Assembly: GCF_000143415.4 (NCBI RefSeq) | Contig: NW_003314429.1 | Location: 1-64,000, forward strand | Origin: Selaginella moellendorffii | Lineage: Eukaryota > Plantae > Lycopodiophyta | DNA: 64,000 nt | Reading direction: 5' to 3' | Part shown: positions 27,171 through 38,914 of the stretch, one piece after another | Numbering within the stretch: the first letter of the stretch is position 1 | How the letters are laid out: the number at the start of each line of letters is the position of its first letter | Translations under genes and position numbers: made by a program | Notes under the pieces: model-generated | Databases searched by the model: none | What the model was told of the DNA's origin: nothing | What the model saw: the letters and a program-made list of their open reading frames with translations, nothing else

Positions 27171-27281
27171 CCTAGTGGACGAGAAAAGAGTCCTAGAATG
27201 TCCTAAAAAAAATTATGTTCTAGTATGAGATTTTATTCGCTTTTGTCGACCTTTCAAACCCATATTACTTGGTTTAGTGTA

Positions 27282-28565
27282 TCATTTGCTTGATACCAAA
27301 GCGCTATAAGGTGTCTCATCGATAAATGGGGGCACTTCCCAGATTTCCGCAATGCTTTTGCCTAGAACACAACCAATCAAGGAGTTATATCGAAACTCGT
27401 TAGTACCTCTCGAAAGCTCCTCTTGATAACGAATTGGGAACTTTTCTCTCAGCTCCGGCTCTAGCTTGTTTAGTTTTTCTTCAAACCGTAGTTTAACAGC
27501 GGAAATGTACTCAGCCTGTAGAACAATACGAGTTAAAATCAAAGCCAGCTGCCAACGCACCAGCATTTGTGAACCGAGTTTTGGTCCATAAACTTTGTAA
27601 AACACGCGCACTATGTTGAATGAGTTGTCTTTGACGTCCTCCTATATTCATCATCCGCAGGGGAAATCATTAAAGCCTTTTGTAACTCACCTCGTAATCA
27701 GACCTGCAGATTATATATATAAGGAAGTTAATCAGACAACAAATCCACGGGGATCACTTACAAGTTATCTGCTAACTCCACAAGAAGATTTGACAACTCT
27801 AGAAAGCCGAAGTGGAACTCATTCACCTCTTCTCCCCTCATTTTGTAAAGCAAGAGGTTGAGCAACTTGTAGTCGGCTGATTTGAACTCCAAAGCTCTGC
27901 GAGCATCTAGGATTGAAATTTGATCTTCTGGACCGGAACGACAAATGGATTGCTCTAGTTTCAAGTAATGGCATCCTTTCAAAAGTTCATTTGCCATCCT
28001 GCATTGTTTCAAGCAATGATTGAGCCAGTTGAATGGACATCAGACGTACCTATCCGTCCAGAGATTTCGAGCTGCGAGTTCCAGTTTAAGTCCATAAAAG
28101 GGATCCACGTCATTGACTGGGTCATGGATATCCTGCATTTTCTTGAGAGCTTTCTCGTATTCTACATCGACCTGTGCCCATAACAATTCAGATTATCCAT
28201 AGGGCTCTTGAAATTACAGACCTCATACACATAAGCCTCCGTGAAAGCAAGAACTGGCAAGTACTTGAAGTTGTGTTCGTGGTTGCTGGGATCCAGGCCA
28301 TGGAACATGAAATGTGAGATGCACTAAAAGCACGCGGTTGTCAGTCATGACAATTGCAACTACATCTTACAAAATCATGGAGTGATGTTCTGGAGCGTTC
28401 CAAAGCTTCCAATGAAACATGAAGCCGATGAGGCAGGTCAAGGTTTTGGTTTTGCTGTGGAGCTGCAAGCTGACAAGCTCCCTGAGATGAGAAAGAATGG
28501 ATAGGCTTCAAAAATCTTAAGCCACTCCTGCAAGTGCTAGCCTGCATCACCACGTTTACACTCAT
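27282..28565 (-). CDS. Conserved uncharacterised plant protein (At5g10320-like), 7 exons including a 13-nt micro-exon
   Basis: Spliced frame is open: HFMFHGLD..FKYLPVLAFTEAYVYE|VDVEYE..KSADYKLLNLLLYKMRGEEVNE..LVELADNL|SDYE|EDVKDNSFNIVRVF; Ser/Arg-rich transit-peptide-like N-terminus. Confidence 0.8.
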
Positions 28566-31060
28566 TGGATCAAGGATTCACAAGAACTTCTGTGAAGACT
28601 AAGTCACTGAGGATAGAATTTATAGTGACATTCTCAATAATATGCTATTTCTGCTCGTCTGTCTAAGGTGCAGATTTAATACATATATATTTGTCTAAAA
28701 CATCATAATACGAGGGATTGAGATCCTTCTGACCCACAAAAGATCACTGAAAGGGACAATAGAGTGCTACGTATGTTTTGGACAGTTTTTAAAAACTTGT
28801 AGGACCAGATAAATAACTTATTTAACAAGTCAAACTTTATTGTCAGTAAATATGAAAATTGTATTGTTGGGACCTATCCTGCAATACATGGATTTTTCTC
28901 TCTCTGTGGTCCCTCATCTTCTCTTTGTTCGTGCTCAATCCCCTGCAACCTGTTGTGCGTGTTGACAATATGTACGTCTGGTCTTGCTTGTCACAAGAAA
29001 GATTAGTGAGATCTCTTGTGGGTCCTTGTAGAATATAAAAGTGTACAATATAGCTGTACATATATAACTGTGGCAGGTGACGAGAGGATATTGTATTGTG
29101 TACATATTTATATTAATATAAACATAAAGATACATATCTGTCACAATTGGAATTGGGGTCCTCCATACCTCCCAACCCAACAAAAGATCACCAAAAAGAA
29201 ACAATAGACAGTGCTAAGAATTGTAACTTAAGATGACGAAACAATCCAACTAGAGATTTTATACAAGTGATGGCAGCAGAAAAAAAGAAAAGTATTGCGT
29301 CTTGTTTTTGGTGAACCTTTATCTGAACACAATATACAATATATAACACCCACCGCAAGGAACGCAAGTATGCAGATATGACAATTGCTGTGGCCATCTT
29401 CCAATCTCAATCCCCAAGAAGCATGAGGTAGACAGATTTGGTGGATGACACTCTGGCCAACAAAAGCTGTAAAAACTTGTTACAAAACATTACAAAAATG
29501 GTTTGGCATTTCTTGGTGCAAAAATCCAAATAAAAGGCAAAAAATGAATGTAAACACTTTGAGATTTGAACAAGAATTGCCAATGTATGGTTTGGTGGAT
29601 CTCCTTAATGGCACTTGAGGAGCTAAGTGACATGAACCACAGGAATATTTTGAAAACATTCTATAGCTTGTGGGATTTAAGGCTATAACACCTTCAAGGG
29701 TTGAAATGTTGGCCTCTTACTTGTTTCATCACAGTAGCATGTTCTTTTAAGCTAAAGTCAAAGTATTTGGACTATTTAGAGATTTTGACTACTTTTGAAG
29801 TTGATGGCTAATAAATGTTTTGTTATCATGTAACTCTTGCCCTTTTATAATTATTCCTTTTTATCCACACTTTATTTGCTGTAAATATAGTAAAAAAATT
29901 TATAATAAACCAATTGTTAAGTTTAGATCGTAACAAAGAATCCATGGAACATGAAATGTGAGATGCACTAAAGGCAGAACATTACTCCATGATTTTGTAA
30001 GATGTAGTTGCAATTGTCATAACTGGGAGCGTTCCAAAGCTTCCAATGAAACATGAAGCCGATGAGGCAGGTCAAGGTTTTGGTTTTGCTGTGGAAATGC
30101 AAGCTAACAAGCTCCATGAGATGAGAAAGAATGGATAGGTATCAAAAATCTTAATATCCTTTTGACCCTCTTGAAAGGGACAATAGAGCGCTACAAATGT
30201 GGACAGTTTTTAAAAACTTATTTCCTAAGTGGAAAACAAGTAAAACTTTACTATCAGTAAATATAAAATTGTATTGTGACAAATAGGAAGCATGGGACCT
30301 ATGATGCAATGCATGGATTTCTCTCTCTTTGTGGTCCCTCATCTTCTGTTTTCTCCTGTTTGATCCCCCACAACCTGTTGCACGTGTTGACAATATGTAT
30401 GTCTGGTCTAGCTGGTCGCAAGGAAGATTGGTGAGATCTCTTGTTGGCCCTTGTATAATATAAAAGTGTGTAACTGCCACAGTTATAACTGTGGTAGGTG
30501 ACGAGAGGATATTGTGTACATATTTATATTAATATAAACATAAAAATACATATCTGTCACAACTGGAATTAGGGATCCTCCCATACCTCCTGACCCAGCA
30601 AAAGATCATTGAAAGAAATAATTGACAGTGCTCAGAATTGTAACTTAAAATGTCACAAGGTCATGGACTGTTGCCAATGATGCTTGTTATCTATAACGGG
30701 CTAAAGTATTGCGTCTTGTTTTTGGTGAACCTTATCTCTTGTAAAATATAAAGTACGCAATATACAATATATAACACCCACCACAAGGAACGCAAGTATG
30801 CAAATGTGACGATTGTTGTGGCCGTCTTCCAATCTCGACCCCCAAGAAGCATGAGGCGGACAGATTAGGTGGATGACACTGTGGCCAACGAAGGCTGCGA
30901 AAACTTGTTACAAAACATTACAAAAAAGGTTTGGCATTTCTTGGCGCAAAAATCAAAATAAAAGGCAGAAAATGAATGTCGGGATTCATGTAAGACACTT
31001 TGAGATTCGAACAAGAATTGCCAGTGCATGGTTTGGTGGATCTCCCTAATGGCGCTTAAG
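28297..31060. repeat. Tandem duplication (~28297-29620 and ~29941-31060) containing a dispersed repeat
   Basis: Long collinear similarity between the two copies; the GACCCACAAAAGAT / TCTGTCACAATTGG motifs recur at 32648-32700. Confidence 0.85.
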
Positions 31061-31215
31061 GAGCTCCTGCTAGGATATACTAGGGCTCCGTGCCCCGGTC
31101 CCCGCCGCTCCTCCGCTGGTATAGACTGCTGGTAAAAGCATTTTTGTCGCCATGGGCGGGAAGTAAGATTCCTTGCTCCCAACACTGTGCAACCACCGCA
31201 GCTCACGGCACACGA

Positions 31216-32454
31216 TGCTTTCTGGAAGAGCATGGCATCTTCGTCCGCTAGTATCACTACCAGTGGCTTCTCGTTTGCACCTGAGGAGCAACATCACCTT
31301 CATTGGGATAAAGAAAGAGATTTTCTGGGCCAGTGCATCCTCAGGTAATCGCTTTAGATTTTACGACTCTCGTTGCTGCCAATGTAGAACTTGCACAGCT
31401 GATGATAGCCCAAGCGAGCAAGCCCCGTCCCTTGCAGATCTGCAAACATTTGCCTCCACCACAATTTCTGAGCTCATGAAAGACGAAAAGAAACTCGATG
31501 GAGCTTTGCTGAGACATGATAGTGACACGGTGTTACCTTTCACAACATTGCAAACTCTCATTTCGGAATATATGGTGGAGAGCCTCAGTGTGCCCACTTT
31601 TAGAGTTGGATATACGATCACAACGACCGCACTTGACATTCTCTACCAACAAGTAAGCTCTTCTCGCGGACGCTAATACATCCTTCTCCTTCTTGGCCTT
31701 ATCCCTTTACTTTATCGACTTTAGATCAAATGCCAAGGTGTCACCATGACTGCTTTGTTGGCCAAAGCCACTGCGTTAGCGCTTGCTCAACACCCAGTTG
31801 TGAACGCAAGATGCAAGGATGGGAAAAGCATCTCTTACAACTCCAGCATAAATCTTGCGGTTGTCGTTGCCATCGATGGTGGTCTCATCACACCCGTGCT
31901 CCAAAATGCTGACAAAGTAAGCCAAACTCTCAGCCTTCGCTCAGCGTCTGTGCTTGTTTTCAGATTGACATTTATTCCTTATCACGGGAGTGGAAGAAAC
32001 TTGTAAAAAAGGCCAGGGCCAAGCAGCTCCAGATATCCGAGTGCATGGGTGGTAAATATTGTGTTTTAAGTCGGAGTCAATTGCTATACTCATTGCATTA
32101 ATTCAGAAACTTTCACCATTTCGAACATGGGAATGTTTGGAGTGGATCGCTTTGACGGGGGCCAAGTATGTAGGTCTGTCTAGTTTCGGGATCAATGCTA
32201 TTCTCTTGCAGAGTGCGACTCTGGCAGTAAGTTCATCTAGACCCACCATTGTTACTTCCGGAGCTGGCCTTTTCAGGGTGGAAAGTCAAATGCAGGTGAA
32301 CTTTGTGATCTAATGTGAACTTGGTATTTGACGACGCTTTGCGAGACAGGTGAATGTTACTGCTGATGCTCGGATCATTTACGAGGCTGAGGTCGCGGCT
32401 TTTCTACAAACTCTATCTAAAATCATCAAGGATCCTAAGGACCTCACCTTATAA
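31216..32454 (+). CDS. Plastid pyruvate dehydrogenase E2 (LTA2-like) paralog, catalytic-core domain only, catalytic His lost
   Basis: MVESLSVPTFRVGYTI; GVTMTALLAKATALALAQHPVVNARCKDGKS; TFTISNMGMFGVDRFD; VNVTADARIIYEAEVAAFLQT..LTL*. No lipoyl or E3-binding domain; frame stays open across GT-AG introns. Confidence 0.8.
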
Positions 32455-32803
32455 CGTAGATTATATCCCATCTAGAATCTTGTGTTTTAATTACTGTAGT
32501 TGAAAACACATAATTATATTGCTGTCTAAGTTGGGCCTTCCATTATTAAAATATGACAGAATAACTTTTGCTTGTTGTTTTTTGAATGTAAAATATAATG
32601 TATTCATGTTTAAGGTCATTGCAGTGCCTGATGGGGCATGGGACCATCTGTCACAATTGGGATCCTACTGACCCACAAAAGATATTGAAAGTGACAATTG
32701 AGCAAAAGCTACATATAATATATACTTATATATTTGTTGCAAGATACCTAAGTATATTCCAATCTGTATACATAAAGAACTAAACTTACTTCCACATGCC
32801 AGT

Positions 32804-34347
32804 ATGCTAGAAATGATTCTTACAATTGTGCTCACGCTTGCTCTCATACTAGTTGTGCTCTTTTGTACTAACAAGCGAAATCAAAGTCTTCCACCATCTC
32901 CAAGAGCGCTGCCCATCATAGGCCACATTCATTTGGTAGGAAAGAAACTTCCGCATGAGTATCTTTTCCGGCTTGCAAAGCAGCATGGAGGGCTCATGTA
33001 CCTGCAGCTGGGGAGAATCAAGACACTAGTAGCTTCGACACCAGCTGCTGCAGAAGAAGTTCTCAAGATTCATGACCGTGCATTTGCTTCCAGGCCTGCA
33101 AACTCAGCAGCCAAGTATTTTGGGTACGACGCGACGGATTTGGTATGGGCTCCTTACGGTGATCACTGGAGGCATTTGAGGAAGATTTGCACTCTTGAGT
33201 TTTTCATTACAAAGCGCGTGCAGATGTTCCAGCCCGTGCGGAAGCTGGAAATGTCCATGCTCATCACGGAACTTGTGGAAGCATGCAGCCAGAGAAGGCC
33301 TGTAGATATGACTTCCAGGTTTTTCCAATTCGCCTTCAACACCATGAGCCGCATGGTGTTGAACAAGAGCATTTCGGACGCCTCAGGTAGTGAATCTGAA
33401 AAGCTGAAAGAATTCCTCAACAACCTCAATGAAGCCTCCAAAGTTGGGAATGGTCTGCAAATCGGGGATCTTATCCCATGCCTCAGCTGGGCTGATCCCA
33501 AAGTCTTCAGGATCAAGTGGCTCCAAACGCAACTGGTGAACTACCTTGGAGAGCAACTTCAAGAGCACAAGAAAAACCGGGAGTCTCATCACGAGGTGAA
33601 GGATTTCATGGACGTTTTGATTGCTGGTGGAGTACTAGATGATACCAGAATCAAGGCGTTGACCTCGGTAAGACATCGTCTAATTCGGGAGAAGTTTGAA
33701 GTACTAACTTGTTGTTTTCGCGTCTCAAGGATATGCTTGCTGCAGGTACAGACGCCATCGCAGTCACAATTGATTGGGCTCTGGCCGAGCTCATGAGAAA
33801 TCCCAAGTTAATGCAAGAAGTAAAACAAGAACTGGAGGAGGTTGTCGGAAGCAAAGGTACCGTGGAGGAGGAGCATATCCCAAAGCTCGAGTTTTTGCAG
33901 GCCATAGTCAAAGAAACACTTCGCTTACATCCTCCGGCACCTTTGCTAGCTCCTCACGAATCCGTGGAATCTTGTAACATCTGGGGATATAACATTCCTG
34001 CAGGAACAGGGCTGCTGGTGAATGCGTATGCTCTTGGAAGAGATGAATCTACTTGGAGCGAGGCCAACAAGTTTAATCCCAAACGTTTTCTGGAGACAAA
34101 GTCTGATGTGGAAGTCACAGGTCAGAACTTCGAGCTGATACCCTTTGGATCAGGCCGAAGAATGTGTCCCGCATTGAGCATGGGTCTCACTATGGTGCAC
34201 TATGCTCTGGCTACAATGCTGCACACATTTGAGTGGAGCCTCCCAGATGGAAAGGACGAGGTCAATATGAAAGCTTACTTTGGCATTGTTTTAATCAGAG
34301 AAGAACCCCTGATGCTCGTCCCACGACTGGCAAAATCATGTCCTTGA
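32804..34347 (+). CDS. Cytochrome P450, A-type (CYP71 clan); single intron 33668-33729
   Basis: N-terminal TM helix plus LPPSP, AAGTD, ETLR, PKRF and heme motif PFGSGRRMCPA. Confidence 0.97.
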
Positions 34348-34459
34348 TCCAGCAGCCAACAAGAGAGGTTGTTTTGTTTTAATAAGAAGAGCTGATTTTA
34401 GCTCTCGAGCAATCCCACTTAGCTCTAATTGAAATTTTAATGGGTGATTCATTAACTTG

Positions 34460-35337
34460 GCTTGGATGTAGTGCTGCTCCTTGCTCAGCCACTAGGAACT
34501 AGAGCAGTGTCAAGACTCGATAGTGTTTCTCCCAAACCAGCCAGTTGTTTCTCGTTTGGCGATATATAAGCAAGGACACTAAACAGTTTTGTCCGCAGTA
34601 CTTTCTTCTCCTGATCAAGTTTCCAGGAGAAACACTTGACCCCTGAATGGATCTCACAATTCTCATCCAAGCAGCACCGGCTGTGTCGCTGGATGCCAAC
34701 CTCACTCCCGAGTCACTGGAAACCGCTTCCAAGTGTAAGTGGTCATCCAATTCTCATAGATCATCAATCGCTAACAGAGAAACTCCAGTGGCGAAGCAAG
34801 CAAATGTTCCAGTGTGGTTCGAGCCAGCATCAGTTTCCAGTATCGTCAGGGCTGTAACGTAAGTTTTATCTTATAATTCATGCACAAAAAAGCTTTTCTT
34901 TTTGTTTTCTCCACTGCGAGCAAAACGAAGAGAGAACTACTACCGTTCGTCGGTAAGCCCAGAGCCTTCCAGTGATCCACCAGAGCATTTGCTAGGAAGA
35001 AATCCGAAGTTTAGAAGACTTTGAAAGATCATTGCCTCCTTTACCAGCTATGTCGTCCCCTACAACACTGATGAGAACGAAGGCGAGTTTGGCCATGCAC
35101 TCGGCCGCATTTCTCGCAACTCGAGGGCCTGCAAGAACCATAGTCACCAACAAGACAAGCTTTTCAGTGGCGATTTTTGTTTTGAGATCTTTTGATCGGG
35201 AGGTACCTGGCCGACGACTGTTGAACCGGCAACACTTTTGTCGCCATGATAGAGCGCAAGGAGAAGCGAGTTTATACTCACCGTCGTTGCAGCTTGAAGA
35301 TGGCGAGCTCTGAAACGCGGCTGCGCCCCGTCTCCAT
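34460..35337 (-). pseudogene. Pseudouridine-kinase pseudogene (duplicate of 23380-24492) with internal inversion ~34600-34912
   Basis: Direct matches at 34460-34572 and 34920-35337; middle block is the reverse complement of ~23500-23840; deletions; no C-terminal exons. Confidence 0.9.
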
Positions 35338-35371
35338 TCTCCGAAAGCTTTGGAAAGGAGATCCAACTGGC

Positions 35372-37903
35372 TTACTCCTCGCCCCGGGAGTGGATGTTTG
35401 CGAGCAAGACGTAGGCGGCAGCGTTGGCTGGATCGAGCTCCATCACCCAGTCACCACCCACATCCACACCGCTGCTACCCAACAGAGTCGCCCACGCCAC
35501 TGGATCCGGGTGGAAGGGCATATGTCGGATCAAGTCCTCGGCTTGCTCGGCCATGGCTGCTCGTCCCAGTCCGTCGATCACACACATGTAGTGCGTGGGA
35601 GCCGCGTCAACTCCCTGGTAGTCTCGCTGGAGGAGCGACTCAAAGCTCCACCTCGCGGTTTCCAGCATCCCACCATGGCTGCACGCCGACAGCAAGCTCA
35701 CAAACGTGATTTCGTCCGGCTCCACGCCCTCCACATTCATCACTCGAAACAGCTCCACCGCCTCGGGGTTGTGCCCGTTCTGTGCATACGCCGCCACCAT
35801 CGCGTTCCAGCACACGAGCTCCTCCTGCTTGCAGCCATGACGCTGCTGCTGCTGCTGCTGCATGGACACGAAGATCTCCCAAGCTCGATCCAGCCGGCCG
35901 CATTTGCCATACATGGTCAGCAACGCATTGCCAACTTTGCTCGAGTTTGCTTTGTCCGAGCAGCCAGCAGCCAAGCCTTCGTGAATCTCTGTCCCGTGCC
36001 GGATTGAGGACATGTTTCCGCACGCATCTAAGACCTCGATGTACGTTACTTCGCTTCCTCTCAGTCCTTCCACGTCCATTGTGGCAAAGAGATCCAGTGC
36101 TTGCCTGGGATGCCCGCTGAGGGCATAGCCCGTGATCGCAGCATTCCAAGCCGGGACGTCTCGGCAAGGTATCCTGTCCAGCACCGCTCGAGCTCCTGCC
36201 ATGTCTCCATTGTTGGCATACGCCGCCACCATAGCCGTCCACACAACCACGTCCTTCTTGTCCAGAATGCTCGAGAAGACTTGCATGGCTTTCTGGACGT
36301 GACCAAGCTGAGCATACGCGGCGATCATCCCAGTCCAAGTCAGTAGATTCCTGGTGGCCATCCTGTCAAAGAGAGATCTTGCGTCGTCGAGCAGACCATT
36401 ACGAGCAAAGGCGTGGATCATGGCATTGCAGCACACAAGGTCCGGCTCGGGTGTTTTCGCAAACAAGTCCAGTGCTTCGTCTACGCAGTCGTTCTGGGCG
36501 TAGGCCTGGATCATGGAATTCCACGAGACCACGTCGCGATGCGGCATTCTCTCGAAGCAAAGTCTCGCCTCCTTCACGTTTCCAGCTCGGGCGTGGGCCG
36601 TCACCATGGCAGTAAAAGTTAGAACGTCTCTCGCGAGAATCGCCTCTTCAAACACCACCCTTGCGTCTCGCATCAGCCCCGCGCTCCCGAGCGCAAGTAT
36701 CATCTCATTGCACGACACCGCATCCCGGCGAGGCATCCTTGAAAACGAGGCTTGCGCTTCTGCCAAGCATCCTCCTTGCGAGAATGCAACCACCAACGCA
36801 GCCCAGGAAACACCATTCCGGAAGCTCATCCCATCGAACCATGCTTTCGCAGCCCTCGTGTCCCCGTGCTGGGCATGAGCTATGATCATGGAATTCCAGG
36901 CCATGTCGTTGTGTTGTGGCATCTTTCCGGCAAAGCCAACCGCCTCATTGAGATCTTCCAGATGAACAAGCCCCTGAAGCATAGCAGTCCAAGAAACTAC
37001 GTTCCGAACGGGCATTGTGTGGAACAAGTTGGCGGCTTTGCCCATATAACCCTTCTGAGCAAACGCGGTCAGCATACCCGTCCAGGACACCACATTCTTG
37101 TCCCGAGTGCTCTCAAACAAAAGCCACGCTTCGTCGAGAAACCCACTGCGGCAGTAAGCCTGCACCATTGCGTTCCACGAGATGGTGCTTCGTTCTGGCA
37201 TATCGTCAAACAAAGCCTTTGCCTTCTTAAGATGCCCGTTCTGGGTATGTGCTGAAATCACAACGTTCCAGGACACAACGTCCCACACGGGCATTGCATC
37301 GAACACCCTCTTCGCCTGTGAAACGGCGCCACCCTGAGAGCACGCGGTCATGAGCCCCGTCCACGAGAACAAATCACGCCGGGCAGACACTGTCATCGTC
37401 TCAAACAAGCGCTGCGCATCGTCAGGTTGCCCAGTCCGGGCATATGCTGCAATGAGTGCATTCGAGGCGTACGTGCTCTTGTGTGGCATCTGCTCAAACA
37501 GCTGCCTCGCCTCGCCAATCCATCCGCTATCGATGTAGCCCTTGATCATGGCATTCCACGAGACCGTATCAAACACGAGACGCGATGTGTCAAACAAATC
37601 CCTCGCGTAGCTCACGCAGCCGTTGCGGACGAGCGCCGCGATCATCATGTTGTAGGAGAAGGAATTGGGCTGCTGGATGCTGCGGAAAACCACCGCGGCA
37701 TCCTCCACGCTCCCGCAAGCGCCATACATTTGCACGAGAAGGTTGGCCAGGAACTTGTCCCGTCCCACATCCCTCCCGCTCGCCACGATCTGCGAATGCA
37801 GCCGCCTCGCATCGCAGAGCACACCCGAGCTCGTGCATTCCCGGATCAGAAGCTCGATCGGCAGCGCCAGGCATTCCTCCCGCGCCAAGTTCTTGCCGCG
37901 CAT
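35372..37903 (-). CDS. PLS-class PPR protein with E domain (intronless, 843 aa)
   Basis: Many DVVSWNxMI repeats; LLSACSHGG; PFHPDPVAWATLLG; AYVLLANI; no DYW. Confidence 0.95.
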   Translation of the reverse strand: MRGKNLAREECLALPIELLIRECTSSGVLCDARRLHSQIVASGRDVGRDKFLANLLVQMYGACGSVEDAAVVFRSIQQPNSFSYNMMIAALVRNGCVSYARDLFDTSRLVFDTVSWNAMIKGYIDSGWIGEARQLFEQMPHKSTYASNALIAAYARTGQPDDAQRLFETMTVSARRDLFSWTGLMTACSQGGAVSQAKRVFDAMPVWDVVSWNVVISAHTQNGHLKKAKALFDDMPERSTISWNAMVQAYCRSGFLDEAWLLFESTRDKNVVSWTGMLTAFAQKGYMGKAANLFHTMPVRNVVSWTAMLQGLVHLEDLNEAVGFAGKMPQHNDMAWNSMIIAHAQHGDTRAAKAWFDGMSFRNGVSWAALVVAFSQGGCLAEAQASFSRMPRRDAVSCNEMILALGSAGLMRDARVVFEEAILARDVLTFTAMVTAHARAGNVKEARLCFERMPHRDVVSWNSMIQAYAQNDCVDEALDLFAKTPEPDLVCCNAMIHAFARNGLLDDARSLFDRMATRNLLTWTGMIAAYAQLGHVQKAMQVFSSILDKKDVVVWTAMVAAYANNGDMAGARAVLDRIPCRDVPAWNAAITGYALSGHPRQALDLFATMDVEGLRGSEVTYIEVLDACGNMSSIRHGTEIHEGLAAGCSDKANSSKVGNALLTMYGKCGRLDRAWEIFVSMQQQQQQRHGCKQEELVCWNAMVAAYAQNGHNPEAVELFRVMNVEGVEPDEITFVSLLSACSHGGMLETARWSFESLLQRDYQGVDAAPTHYMCVIDGLGRAAMAEQAEDLIRHMPFHPDPVAWATLLGSSGVDVGGDWVMELDPANAAAYVLLANIHSRGEE

Positions 37904-37961
37904 AGACTGCTAGCATCCTTCGAAAATTAGGGTTCTAGCGCGTTTGTCCGACGTGGCGGAT

Positions 37962-38914
37962 ATGGCCGCTATGGCGACTGGATTGTCTTGGGCACGGCCA
38001 GGTACTACGAGCTGTAGCGCGAGGCAGGGAATCAGCATTGGCCCTGGCACTGGCATTGGGTGCTTGCAATCGAGAGCGCGATTCCTCAGCAGTGGTCTCC
38101 AAATTTCTTGGCCGCCCAGCAGCAGCACTGGCAGCAGTAGCATTGGCATCGGATTGACGAGGAGGAGGAGGAGAAGCGTGATTGCAATGAGCTACGAGGC
38201 TGGAATCGGTGTGATGGGAACCAAAGTGGGGATGATGACCCACTTCATGCCCGATGGCCGAGCGATCCCAGTCACGGTGATTGGATTCCACGAAGGGAAC
38301 ATCGTGACCCAGGTGAAGACCGAGCCCACCGACGGCTACAACGCGGTCCAGGTCGGCTACCTCCGCGTCCGCGACACCAAGCTCACCAAGCCGGAGCTCG
38401 GCCACCTCAACAAGATCGGCACCATCCCCATGCGCCACCTCCAAGAGTTTCGGCTCGTCAGTGTGGATGGATTCGAGCCATCGCAGCGGCTCAACGTCGA
38501 GGACATCTTCAAGGTCGGGGATCTAGTCGATGTTTCTGGCAAGAGCATCGGCAAAGGCTTCCAAGGTTAGATTTTGATCTTTCCAATGTTTTGTTTGTCA
38601 CTCACCGGTGTGATCCAACTCCAGGGGGTATCAAGCGCCACAACTTCAAGCGGGGGCTCATGACCCACGGATCCAAGAGCCACAGGCAGCTGGGATCCAT
38701 CGGAGCTGGAACCACGCCGGGGCGTGTGTATCCCGGGAAGAAAATGCCCGGCCGGATGGGCTTCCAAAAGACAAAGATCCGCAAGCTCGAGATCATCAAG
38801 ATCGATCCGGAGCTGCGGGCAGTGCTCGTCAAGGGCGCTGTTCCTGGCAAGCGTGGCAACCTGTTGAGAATCACGCCCGCCAAGATAGTTGGCAAGAACA
38901 TCCCCAAGAACTAG
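37962..38914 (+). CDS. RPL3: Plastid 50S ribosomal protein L3 (intron 38566-38624)
   Basis: Transit peptide, then [26 protein letters not shown]|[35 protein letters not shown]. Confidence 0.97.
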
